A stretch of DNA of 43,116 nucleotides, taken from the IMG/VR virus record IMGVR_UViG_3300010413_000124. One strand, given 5' to 3'. This DNA is from a virus. Position 1 is the first letter of the stretch. Each line of letters starts with the position of its first letter. A program made the position numbers and the translations under genes. The notes below the pieces were generated by a model. That model was not told where the DNA came from. It saw only the letters and a program-made list of their open reading frames with translations, and did not search any database. Shown piece by piece: positions 8,379 to 16,954 of the stretch.

Positions 8379-9395
8379 TTAGGATGGCAACTGTATTGGT
8401 TGACTTCTACCAGTTGCACTACTAGTTAGGTTATAATCACCGGTGGCAACATTCTCATAACCGTCACCGGTATCGGTGCCACTCCAAGTGTTGTTATCTG
8501 CTGTTCTTGTACCAGCTGAGAAATCGAATATTGGGATAGATTCAAATATTTGGCCAGCTGGGACAGCACTTTTTGCTAGATCGCTGTAGCACCCAATGAA
8601 TAGTGTAGGCCCTACAGAATCAGCGATGTACGTGCTGTAGTTGGTGATACGACAGCCGATAAGAATATCGTGTGCGTTGAGATCAAGGGCTTGTGATGCG
8701 TTATTTGTATAACTGTCGAAGATGCAATTGACAAATACTTGAGTTGTAACCGTCGTACCAACGGTGTTGCTGTCGTTGGTTGTACCATTATCGTGGATGA
8801 TACATCCGACATTTGAGCCATAGTTCTGGGCAGCTTGTATTCCACCCGTATTGCCAGTTATTAGACAAAATGCCATTGGCGCACATTTATGTCGTTCTAC
8901 ACCATAACCACCATTATCAACGATTTTGCATTGTATCAATCTTAGCCCCGGCAGGTACGACCCATATATTCCTGCGTCGGTGTTGTCGTGGATATAGAGA
9001 TTACAGAACACACAACCAGCGGAGTTTGTTGTGGAAGCAAAACCAATACCATCGGTAGTGGCATTCTTGATTTCTATTGATTCCAACCATAATTGGTTGC
9101 AGAGGGCACCATCGATAGCGATACAATTAGCTGCTGCCGAGTTGCCGTCGAGTACGAAATATGTGCCGTCTGGGTCTCCGCTAGCATTGCAACCGATGAC
9201 TTTGATATATCCGGTATCATCGCCGCTGTTTGTGTCGAAAGTGATTGCCGTTGTCAACGTCTGTGTGCCCCGGCAATAAATTATATCAGCAGCAGTGGCT
9301 AAGTCCGCCACAGTCTGTAGATCAGTGGCTGCTTTGGCCCAGGTGTCATAAGGGCTTGTATTGCTGCCAGCGGTATCCATGTAGTATATGGTCAT
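8379..9395 (-). CDS. right-handed parallel beta-helix repeat protein (pectate-lyase fold; tailspike/polysaccharide depolymerase-like)
   Basis: Repeated ~22-aa segments rich in N/G/T/I with NxxG and IxxDN patterns (IHDNTDAGIYG, IVDNGGYGV, ITGNTGGIQ, IIHDNGTTND). Confidence 0.55.
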   Translation of the reverse strand: MTIYYMDTAGSNTSPYDTWAKAATDLQTVADLATAADIIYCRGTQTLTTAITFDTNSGDDTGYIKVIGCNASGDPDGTYFVLDGNSAAANCIAIDGALCNQLWLESIEIKNATTDGIGFASTTNSAGCVFCNLYIHDNTDAGIYGSYLPGLRLIQCKIVDNGGYGVERHKCAPMAFCLITGNTGGIQAAQNYGSNVGCIIHDNGTTNDSNTVGTTVTTQVFVNCIFDSYTNNASQALDLNAHDILIGCRITNYSTYIADSVGPTLFIGCYSDLAKSAVPAGQIFESIPIFDFSAGTRTADNNTWSGTDTGDGYENVATGDYNLTSSATGRSQPIQLPS

Positions 9396-9751
9396 TGCAC
9401 GGTGTCCGCATAATGGTAGATGGTTTCAACTAGTTGGCCATCGATCCAGATTTCATCTGTATCCACAACGTGTGCGCAATTCTCATCACAAGCGGTGAGT
9501 CCGCGAGCTACCCACTCTGGATGAATGTTGGTACAGCGTGATACTTGTGTCCAATTTCCGCCAGTGATGGTCCAATTGGGATCTTGTCTTACGTTGACCC
9601 AGTTGCCACCTGTGATGGCAAGTGTTTTTCCGACTAGAATTGGGGTATCTGGTGTGTGTTGTGAAAAATTGCCACCTTTGATGGTTGAACCGTTTGGTAC
9701 TGCGTCTCCGGGGTCGATGAAAGACCAATTACCTTTTGTGATCTCACTCAT
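9392..9751 (-). CDS. hypothetical protein with three GGN(F/W) repeats
   Basis: KGGNFSQ / TGGNWVNV / TGGNWTQV spaced ~20 aa apart; ATGA overlap with the downstream beta-helix gene. Confidence 0.5.
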   Translation of the reverse strand: MSEITKGNWSFIDPGDAVPNGSTIKGGNFSQHTPDTPILVGKTLAITGGNWVNVRQDPNWTITGGNWTQVSRCTNIHPEWVARGLTACDENCAHVVDTDEIWIDGQLVETIYHYADTVQ

Positions 9752-9986
9752 CTTCGTTGATCTTCCAGTCTGATAAGTATTGGTGTAGTTGGACAGCTAG
9801 CCACATTACTGGGTCTTTACTGTTGGCAAGCGTATCACTGCTGCTATTGATCCAACGTTTGCGCTGTTCTGGAGTGAGCTTATCCCATACCGCTTTTCGT
9901 TTGTCCATCTCTGCTTGAAAGGCTTGAAAGGTGGGCAAAGCACCTTGTATTAGCGTTCGTTGGTCAGTCAAGTTTATGACGGTCAT
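9744..9986 (-). CDS. hypothetical protein (first gene of minus-strand 3-gene operon)
   Basis: GGAGA 7 nt upstream of the minus-strand ATG. Confidence 0.5.
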   Translation of the reverse strand: MTVINLTDQRTLIQGALPTFQAFQAEMDKRKAVWDKLTPEQRKRWINSSSDTLANSKDPVMWLAVQLHQYLSDWKINEDE

Positions 9987-10011
9987 AATGTGTCTCCATC
10001 ATATCTTTGCG

Positions 10012-10080
10012 GGTATTAACGGAGATAATACCTCTTGCAACAGTTCCTTTAGGACTGATGTATTATATCTACAAAGATAT
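10012..10080. promoter_or_regulatory. divergent intergenic region with two palindromes (GGTATTA-n7-TAATACC; ATATCT-n4-AGATAT) and a TTGCAA -35-like hexamer
   Basis: Inverted repeats read directly at 10012-10032 and 10065-10080, between the minus-strand operon start (9986) and the + gene at 10114. Confidence 0.4.
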
Positions 10081-10113
10081 GGGGGACTTTGCCATCGTAT
10101 TCAAAGGTGAGCC

Positions 10114-10707
10114 ATGAAACTCGAAATGATCCTCGAACAATACCAAGACCCCCAGATGCGGCTGGCCGTTCGGAACATCCGCAACAGAGCTATTCTCGAG
10201 TCCAAAGTGCCCCAGTCAGGGGCTTACTGGTGGCTCCCGACGCCCGACGGAAGCTGGGAACTAGAAGTCTTCTACGACTCCGAGTACCGTGGCAACACCA
10301 TGCACGACATAATGTGGCGGAAATATGTCCTAGACCGCCTCGCCATACTCTGGAACAAAGACCCCCAGAAACTCCGCCGCCAAATCGGCGACAACTACGC
10401 TGGCCTCCCGCGCGGAAGAGTCGGCAAAGCTATGGGCAAATTCGTCGTATCCCACGGCGACGACGCCCCCATCAAGAACGGTCTAAAAAAGGTGCTCGCG
10501 GCCTTCAATCTAAGTGGGCTAGCAAGGACTGACCCCAAGAAAGTGCAGACCGCCGCCGACGAGCACGAGACAATGTTGGCTGGCGATCCGGACTCCGTGC
10601 AACGAGCCTTGGGTGTAGATCTAGGTCTGAAAGGGAGCTATGGTTCTTCCGCTGGGATGCGGGCGGGTATACTTATGGATTTGGATGATGACTATGAGGA
10701 CTACTAA
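10114..10707 (+). CDS. hypothetical protein
   Basis: ORF track; the overlapping Arg/Pro-rich frame 10089-10532 was rejected. Confidence 0.5.
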   Translation: MKLEMILEQYQDPQMRLAVRNIRNRAILESKVPQSGAYWWLPTPDGSWELEVFYDSEYRGNTMHDIMWRKYVLDRLAILWNKDPQKLRRQIGDNYAGLPRGRVGKAMGKFVVSHGDDAPIKNGLKKVLAAFNLSGLARTDPKKVQTAADEHETMLAGDPDSVQRALGVDLGLKGSYGSSAGMRAGILMDLDDDYEDY

Positions 10708-11183
10708 TGACTAACGATGAACTAAGCGAAGCCTGTCGCCAAATAATTCAATCTAACAACTTTGTTGACGCGAAATTGGACGACCTCGATTCCTGGACGG
10801 CGGGGATCATCCACCAATTCCTAGAAACCGCCAAGTTGCGTTGGCAAGTTGCAAGCGAGTCCGTGGGGCTGGTGCGAATCATCAAAATCTTTGATGATAG
10901 GCTCAGGTATGTCATTTCGATGCCGTATAAGTCCTACGACGAGCAGACTTGCAGCCAGTTCTATTGGATGATTGGCGACGATCCCAACAACGATGATCAT
11001 AGTATCAGTCCTGACGCGGCCAGTGCCTATTTGTTGTCTAAGATACATCCTGGGATTAAGGTGGAAGATATTCGCGGCGAAGACGGTTCATGCTTGACCA
11101 GGATGACGTTGCCAACTGGCGAACACGTTGATGTGGCGTTCCCGCCAGAGTTCTTTTCGGACAAGACCTGGGCTGGGGAATGA
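10707..11183 (+). CDS. hypothetical protein
   Basis: Start overlaps the previous stop (TAATG). Confidence 0.5.
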   Translation: MTNDELSEACRQIIQSNNFVDAKLDDLDSWTAGIIHQFLETAKLRWQVASESVGLVRIIKIFDDRLRYVISMPYKSYDEQTCSQFYWMIGDDPNNDDHSISPDAASAYLLSKIHPGIKVEDIRGEDGSCLTRMTLPTGEHVDVAFPPEFFSDKTWAGE

Positions 11184-11241
11184 TCCAGTTCCGCAGTATA
11201 TCTGTTTCACCGCAAGAAAATATAAGTTGGAGGAATCCACT

Positions 11242-11625
11242 ATGCGGCATGACCAAATCAGATATATTGCGTCTTTACTCACCGAAGATCCAGATGCCTT
11301 CGTGGAACCAGCCGAATTAGATCCCAATCAGTCGGAACAAAACCAAAATATTTGTGTAAGTTGTGATGAAGAGATCGCTCCGAAGGATATTGGCAAATAC
11401 GACGGATTGTGTTACTTATGTGCGAATACGTCTAATTTCCTCGGTTCGACGCAGCGGGGCGGGTATACTTATGCAGATTACGCTGATAGAAAAATGGCCG
11501 AGCCAGGTCCTGTTGTTTTTGCCGCAGCGGGCGAACGAGAAGGGGCTAAGCGTGGTGAAGCACAAAGTAGAGCATATCACGGCCTAGGGTCTACTTATCC
11601 GAATCGATCCGGGCTGAATACATGA
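11242..11625 (+). CDS. hypothetical Cys-rich (zinc-ribbon-like) protein
   Basis: GGAGG 9 nt upstream of ATG 11242; CVSC...CYLC. Confidence 0.5.
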   Translation: MRHDQIRYIASLLTEDPDAFVEPAELDPNQSEQNQNICVSCDEEIAPKDIGKYDGLCYLCANTSNFLGSTQRGGYTYADYADRKMAEPGPVVFAAAGEREGAKRGEAQSRAYHGLGSTYPNRSGLNT

Positions 11626-11626
11626 A

Positions 11627-11905
11627 TTACCGTTCCATAATGGTGAGCACGACTTCTTCCACTGTATCATTGCAGTAGAATTCTATACCATTTATTAATG
11701 ATACTTCGGTTTTTCCTTCCTGGCTTACGACGTTCGTCTTCCTGATGGATACGACGTGTGCTGCATTGATGTAAGCTGGGCCGATATTGGTTTCAATTTT
11801 GACTAGCTTCATGCCTTCGCCGAGATAGCCATATACCCTGGTCCAACCAGCGCCGATGCTTGTGAACAGGCAAACAGCAAAGATTGCTAAGAATAAATTT
11901 CGCAT
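11627..11905 (-). CDS. small secreted protein or lipoprotein (N-terminal signal-like hydrophobic segment)
   Basis: MRNLFLAIFAVCLFTSIGAG...; GGAG upstream of the internal ATG at 11905. Confidence 0.45.
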   Translation of the reverse strand: MRNLFLAIFAVCLFTSIGAGWTRVYGYLGEGMKLVKIETNIGPAYINAAHVVSIRKTNVVSQEGKTEVSLINGIEFYCNDTVEEVVLTIMER

Positions 11906-11924
11906 TTTTTGCTCCGAGGGCGAC

Positions 11925-12194
11925 ATGGAAAAAGAAGCTTTATACGATGCTTTGACTGGACTATCTGCTTACGATGCTGGTGCTACAGATTCTGGCATCC
12001 AGGACGAAGTCTTGCGGCGGAAAGTGATAGAACATTTGAATTCCCTGGATGAACAGGAATTTCGTTTAGTGATCTCTAGATATGTGAGAGATACCTATCT
12101 GACCGACGAAGCTTTGCAGCAAGGGTATGGATTGGAGGATGTTATTGAGTTCGCTGGTTGGATGAGTACCGAGATGGGTATGGACATTGCATGA
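11925..12194 (+). CDS. hypothetical acidic protein
   Basis: ATG 11925 chosen to avoid overlap with the minus-strand gene. Confidence 0.4.
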   Translation: MEKEALYDALTGLSAYDAGATDSGIQDEVLRRKVIEHLNSLDEQEFRLVISRYVRDTYLTDEALQQGYGLEDVIEFAGWMSTEMGMDIA

Positions 12195-12715
12195 ATGTCG
12201 TGATTAAGCGAAATAGGGCTGGCTGCTATTTCTTCCATCATAACGGAATAATGTGGGGTCCCTATTTGTCTGATGCGGATGCCCGAGCAAAGGTTCGCGA
12301 ACTTAGTGATGATATTGCGAAAAAAGCGGCTCGTGCTAGGACGCGGGCGAAATCGCTACATGTTCGGCGAAGCAAGCGCCAGAAGATTGTGGACGAAAAC
12401 AAGAATACCCTCATCGATCAATGGCGGTCGGGTCTCTTCCAAGGACCAGCCTTTTTTCGGAAAATGCCTGGCCCTGCTGGCGTAATGGTATTGGAGCCAA
12501 GAGAGCTTTGTGATCCAAATTGCGAACCAGTTATAGCATGGTTTGGTCCGAAGATTAATCACACTTTGGATAATTTTCGCCCATTGCTCCTTCAGGATGG
12601 TTCATATTATCTCTATGCATATGCTGGTGATATAGTTAATCTCGCTTTTGCTCATCAGTTTCGCATACATATCAAATATATTCTAGATATAACCAAAGAA
12701 GTAGAGGATGCATGA
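12191..12715 (+). CDS. hypothetical protein
   Basis: ATGA overlaps at both ends. Confidence 0.5.
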   Translation: MNVVIKRNRAGCYFFHHNGIMWGPYLSDADARAKVRELSDDIAKKAARARTRAKSLHVRRSKRQKIVDENKNTLIDQWRSGLFQGPAFFRKMPGPAGVMVLEPRELCDPNCEPVIAWFGPKINHTLDNFRPLLLQDGSYYLYAYAGDIVNLAFAHQFRIHIKYILDITKEVEDA

Positions 12716-13215
12716 AGCTACAGCTGATTCTAGAAAATAAGACGCGAGTAGCCCATGTCGGGGCCAGTACCGATCCAAATAACCCAGAACGGGAGATTTG
12801 GGGAGAGAATGACCAATGGCATATCGATACGGTCATGCGTTGGCTTATTGATCGGGACGAGCATGAGTGCCTTTATTACGACCGGCGAGTAGATGATTTC
12901 GTCGATCTGAATGACGGGCGGGATTTCTTGGAGGAGAACAAACGATACGATATTGTTATTCTCCATATGGTCTATTCGCCAGACGATCCGATACGTAATT
13001 CTTACCGTTTCCACCCCAAAAGTTCATCGCCGTTTCGGACTTCTCGGTTGCATACGCGGGAAGCGTGGCGGCGACGCTTGGCCTCTACTGGTGCCAAGTA
13101 CATTTTCACTTTTGGTGATTATGATGAGGTGAGTGGGTTCTATCTTGGTGCTATTCCTGGCTACGAAGGACCGATTGAAGCCAGCGACATGTTTCACGTC
13201 TATCTGAAACGGTAG
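12712..13215 (+). CDS. hypothetical protein
   Basis: ORF track. Confidence 0.5.
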   Translation: MKLQLILENKTRVAHVGASTDPNNPEREIWGENDQWHIDTVMRWLIDRDEHECLYYDRRVDDFVDLNDGRDFLEENKRYDIVILHMVYSPDDPIRNSYRFHPKSSSPFRTSRLHTREAWRRRLASTGAKYIFTFGDYDEVSGFYLGAIPGYEGPIEASDMFHVYLKR

Positions 13216-13288
13216 TACCACTTATATAGTTCGACATCAGACGGACCTCTGTATATATGGACAGTTTTGTTCATATAGGAGGTTCGTT

Positions 13289-14178
13289 ATGAACTATTGT
13301 CTGTTGTTGCCCTTGCTGATTTTCGGTGCCGGAGATACACCGGGAGTATCGGGGCCACCTGGTTGGCATAATAGTTATGCCAAAGCTATGGCTGCTGCCA
13401 AAGCATCTAACACAATGATGGTCGTTTACTTCTACGACGGTCAGAAAAGTGTGCGGGATGATTATGTCTATAAATTGCTGACGACTGATCAGGATTTGGT
13501 GGTGGCTTCTAAGCCTTGTACTATGGCTTATGTTCCCACTGGGTATACCGCTAGTGTTGGCGGCAAAGAAATGCGGTTGTTGGATCATCCCGGTTGTTGG
13601 ATCATCCCGCTTTTTCAGAGTTGCGACGAGGGCCGGGGCTCGTGTTCATTGATTTCGGTGATCCGAAGTCTAAGCATTATGGGCATGTGGTTACTGTCTA
13701 CCCGTTATCTGTCGGGTCGATATACTATATGTCTAATCCCGTCAATAAGAACTATATTCTGCAGCTCTTCAAGCTCCCGCGAGCTTCTCTTAGTCAGAGA
13801 ACTATGATTTGGGCCGTTAGGATTCATCCGGAGCGTCCCCAGAGTACTTATGGGCAGTTCTCGTCCTATTTGGCTGACGAAGCTGAGTCGCATTCGAATT
13901 ACCAGGCCGCTATTGCCAATCAGGGGCACCATAATTGGGATAGTAGGTTTCATCGGATCAATGGGCATTTTCCGGGATTTTTGGCGCAGGAGGTTTGTGC
14001 GGAGAGTTGGCCCGGTAAGGGGTTGTTTGCTGCGGCTATTGATTGTGTGCATAGTTGGCGACAATCTTCGGGGCATTGGGGTGCCGTTCGTTCGCGTCAG
14101 AATTACTATGGCTATGATATCAGTTGTGGCCGGAATGGCATCTGGTATGCAACGGGCATTTTTTCTGCGCGTCGTTAG
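13289..14178 (+). pseudogene. secreted protein gene (signal peptide; possible C-terminal CAP/SCP-like segment) split into ORFs 13289-13807 and 13594-14178 by a 17-bp tandem duplication
   Basis: Removing one 17-nt unit fuses both ORFs in frame (...GGKEMRLLDHPAFSELRRGPG...) into a ~290-aa protein. N-terminus MNYCLLLPLLIFGAG; C-terminal SGHWGAVRS resembles CAP GHYTQVVW. Confidence 0.6.
13574..13607 (+). repeat. perfect tandem duplication, 2 x 17 bp (CGGTTGTTGGATCATCC)
   Basis: Read directly: ...atgCGGTTGTTGGATCATCCCGGTTGTTGGATCATCCcgc... Confidence 0.9.
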
Positions 14179-14308
14179 GGCAAAACTATAGGTGGATATC
14201 GTCTATTGGTGAGGCTGACTGTTCGAGTAATATAGAACGCGCACATCATGGCTACAGCAGAATATAGGAGGGAAGGCAGAAGGAGCTTTTGGTACAGAGG
14301 GTAGACAT

Positions 14309-16066
14309 ATGTCTCTGATGAAACGAGTACTGTTTGTGATTTTGTTGGTCTTGGTCGTTAGCTCAACAGCACTGGCCCAGGGCAACAGAAAATTGATAGA
14401 GCGGAGTGACAACTCCGTTTTTTACACCCAAACCAAGCAAGTGCTTGATGTTTCTCCCGTCGTCTTGATCGACGCCGGTGCAACCAAAGGTAGCGGCGTT
14501 TATGTCGGGACTGATCTGGTTTTGACAGCCGCTCATCTCTTCCCGTCTGGCAGTTCTGCCGTTGTCCATTTCCGAAATGGCACACAAATTCGTGGCACAG
14601 TCTGCGCCAAAGACCAATTTTGGGATCAAGCGATGGTGAAGCTCACCGCTATCCCAAAGAACGTCAAACCAGCCCCAATAGCCACTTCCAACCCGAAAAT
14701 CGGGGAAATCGTGTACGCCGTTGGTTATCCGGGCGGTGAAATGCGGCTTGAGGCAATAACTGGCCGCGTGAAAGATTATGCCAAGCCGAAGGGATACAGT
14801 GTACCCCCTGATTGGTTCTTATTCAGCGGTGGTGCTGCCAAGCCTGGTGCTTCTGGCGGACCGATCTTCAACACCAAGGGTGAAGTGATCGGTAGTTTGT
14901 GGGGTTCTCGCACGGTTGAGATGTCCACAACTGGTATCATGTGTGGTCGTACGAGGAGATTTTGTTCTCCTTTTAGTAATCGGATTTCGCAATGGGGTGG
15001 TTGTGGTCCTAGTGGTTGTGGTATCGGTGGTGGTAGACAAGTCCAAATAGTTCCTCGGAATCCTGGTTACTCACAACCTCCTGGTTACTCACAACCAATC
15101 CTAGAGCCACCAATTATTACCGAGCCTCCCGTGGTGACAGAGCCGCCAGTTGTTACTGAACCGACTCCAACGCCAGTTGATATAACTGCCATCGTCGATT
15201 TAGTCATCGACAAAATCCGACAAGATCCTTCTTTGTTGCCGCCAGGCCCACAAGGCCCAGAGGGGCCGCAGGGTCCGGAAGGTCCTCCTGGTCAAATCAC
15301 GTCTGAGCATATTGCGTCGGTCGTGGACCAATTGAAAAACGACGAGGACTTTTTGGCTTCGGTGCGTGGCCCGGCAGGCCCAGAAGGTCCGCCAGGACAA
15401 AATGGTGCAGATGCCACCATTACTCCTGAGTTGTTGGCGACTATGACGGCGGCGATTCTGCAGAATCTTAAGAATGACCCTGGTTTCATAGCTGAGGTTC
15501 AAGGTCCTCCTGGACCAATTGGTCCAGCTGGTCCGGAGGGTCCAGAAGGCCCAATGGGTCAGACTGGTCCAGCGGGGCCTCCTGCTGAGATTACTGCTGA
15601 GCAGCTTGCGAATATGACTGCTGCTATTCTGCACAATTTGAAGAACGACGAGAATATGAGGGGTCCGGAAGGTCCTCCTGGTCCGGAAGGTCCTCCTGGA
15701 ACTCCGGGTACTACGCCTGACTTGTCTGATTTGATTGCGAGGATTGAAGCTTTGGAGAATGGGTCTGGTGATGTAGATATACCGGATAATTCTGAGTACG
15801 AGTGGTCTCATTTGGTACTTGTTGCTAGTTCAGAAGCGGATTATTGGCCTAGATTATCGGGAGAGTTCGAACGCACCAAAGGTTATTGGAATATGTTGCG
15901 TCATATCGAGCCTCCTGAGGATAGGCAGATCGGGCCGCTACCAATTTTGGTGGCCTATACTGCTGGGAAACCGGCACAAAACTGGGTTGGCTTGCGGGAT
16001 GTCTCGCAGGCATTTTCTCAAATCACTCGCGGCGATTATGACGATTTCATCGTTGCCAAAAAGTGA
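14309..16066 (+). CDS. secreted trypsin-like serine protease fused to collagen-like (GPxGPxG) repeats alternating with three ~25-aa helical repeats
   Basis: Signal peptide MSLMKRVLFVILLVLVVSSTALA; TAAHL (His) and GASGGP (Ser) motifs; PGYSQP x2, TEPPVV x2; collagen stretches GPQGPEGPQGPEGPPG etc.; repeats ITSEHIASVVDQLKNDEDF / ITPELLATMTAAILQNLKNDPGF / ITAEQLANMTAAILHNLKNDEN. Confidence 0.6.
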   Translation: MSLMKRVLFVILLVLVVSSTALAQGNRKLIERSDNSVFYTQTKQVLDVSPVVLIDAGATKGSGVYVGTDLVLTAAHLFPSGSSAVVHFRNGTQIRGTVCAKDQFWDQAMVKLTAIPKNVKPAPIATSNPKIGEIVYAVGYPGGEMRLEAITGRVKDYAKPKGYSVPPDWFLFSGGAAKPGASGGPIFNTKGEVIGSLWGSRTVEMSTTGIMCGRTRRFCSPFSNRISQWGGCGPSGCGIGGGRQVQIVPRNPGYSQPPGYSQPILEPPIITEPPVVTEPPVVTEPTPTPVDITAIVDLVIDKIRQDPSLLPPGPQGPEGPQGPEGPPGQITSEHIASVVDQLKNDEDFLASVRGPAGPEGPPGQNGADATITPELLATMTAAILQNLKNDPGFIAEVQGPPGPIGPAGPEGPEGPMGQTGPAGPPAEITAEQLANMTAAILHNLKNDENMRGPEGPPGPEGPPGTPGTTPDLSDLIARIEALENGSGDVDIPDNSEYEWSHLVLVASSEADYWPRLSGEFERTKGYWNMLRHIEPPEDRQIGPLPILVAYTAGKPAQNWVGLRDVSQAFSQITRGDYDDFIVAKK

Positions 16067-16108
16067 TCGCACATTGTAATAACCTGCTATCGCAGGTGGG
16101 AGTTAACA

Positions 16109-16339
16109 ATGCCTCTTGATGCGGAAGTCGCTGATCTGCTGAAAATGGAAGGAATGAGCGGCGCTCGTGAGTCGGCTCGTCTGACTGGCGCTGTGGACCG
16201 GAACCTCGTGCAGGGTTTGGGCGTGGTCAACACGACTCTGATCCAGCAACACGGTTCGACCGCTGATGATGCGGCCACGATGGCTGCTCTGCGTACGGCG
16301 ATCTACGTGCCCGAACTGGGCAACACGAAGACTGTCTAA
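16109..16339 (+). CDS. small conserved protein, paralog A (76 aa)
   Basis: 72/76 aa identical to paralog B, yet the nucleotide sequence differs at many synonymous sites. Confidence 0.6.
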   Translation: MPLDAEVADLLKMEGMSGARESARLTGAVDRNLVQGLGVVNTTLIQQHGSTADDAATMAALRTAIYVPELGNTKTV

Positions 16340-16361
16340 CGCGGACTGATTGTTGCGGATG

Positions 16362-16396
16362 ATGACCTCGCTCGTTCTTAGAGCGAGCGAGGTCAT
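16362..16396 (+). terminator. 13-bp perfect hairpin (ATGACCTCGCTCG / CGAGCGAGGTCAT) after paralog A; weak U-tract
   Basis: Inverted repeat read directly. Confidence 0.45.
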
Positions 16397-16467
16397 TTCC
16401 ACTAATTAGGCAAGGATGGTGAAGATCTTCACTTTTGTTTTTCTCGTTTTACGAGAAGGAGTAAGTT

Positions 16468-16701
16468 ATGCCTCTTGATGCCGAAGTTGCCGACCTTCTG
16501 AAGATGGAAGGAATGGCGGGAGCTAGAGAATCGGCACGTCTGACCGGTGCTGTGGACCGCAATTTGGTCCAGGGCTTGGGTGTCGTGAATACGACCCTCA
16601 TTCAGCAGCACGGCTCGACGGCTGATGATGCTGCAACGTACGCTGCACTGCGCACGGCGATCTACGTGCCGGAATTGGGTAACGCGAAGAAGCCCACGTA
16701 G
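16468..16701 (+). CDS. small conserved protein, paralog B (77 aa)
   Basis: See paralog A; AGGAG 7 nt upstream. Confidence 0.6.
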   Translation: MPLDAEVADLLKMEGMAGARESARLTGAVDRNLVQGLGVVNTTLIQQHGSTADDAATYAALRTAIYVPELGNAKKPT

Positions 16702-16723
16702 GTATTGTTGCGGTAAGACATTC

Positions 16724-16766
16724 GATGGCTGGTGGCTGGGTGGCCAGCTATCAGCCATCGTTTTTA
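16724..16766 (+). terminator. rho-independent terminator (GATGGCTGG...CCAGC..CAGCCATC followed by GTTTTTA)
   Basis: Hairpin plus T-tract. Confidence 0.6.
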
Positions 16767-16783
16767 TCGTAAAGGCGGTTGAA

Positions 16784-16954
16784 ATGGCTGATCCAGATAT
16801 TGCGAACATCTATGACGAAGTAAGGTTGGAAATCGAATCACATCGTGTGATGAGTGCCAACTTCCAACTGTTTTGCGAGGAGACCATTGGCAACCTCGCT
16901 GCGTTGAAGTTACTAAATGATGAGACCGTCGAAGAATCGGTAAAAAACTCATGA
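16784..16954 (+). CDS. small acidic protein (57 aa)
   Basis: AAGGCGG upstream of ATG 16784; ATGA overlap with the next gene. Confidence 0.45.
   Translation: MADPDIANIYDEVRLEIESHRVMSANFQLFCEETIGNLAALKLLNDETVEESVKNS

Noticed and set aside
10089-10532. Alternative + frame ORF, Arg/Pro-rich
   Set aside because: Composition-driven; the overlapping frame 10114-10707 looks like a real protein.
15200-15811. 203-aa minus-strand ORF within the collagen-repeat region
   Set aside because: Its Arg/Thr-rich low-complexity translation is the antisense product of GGN/CCN-rich collagen codons.
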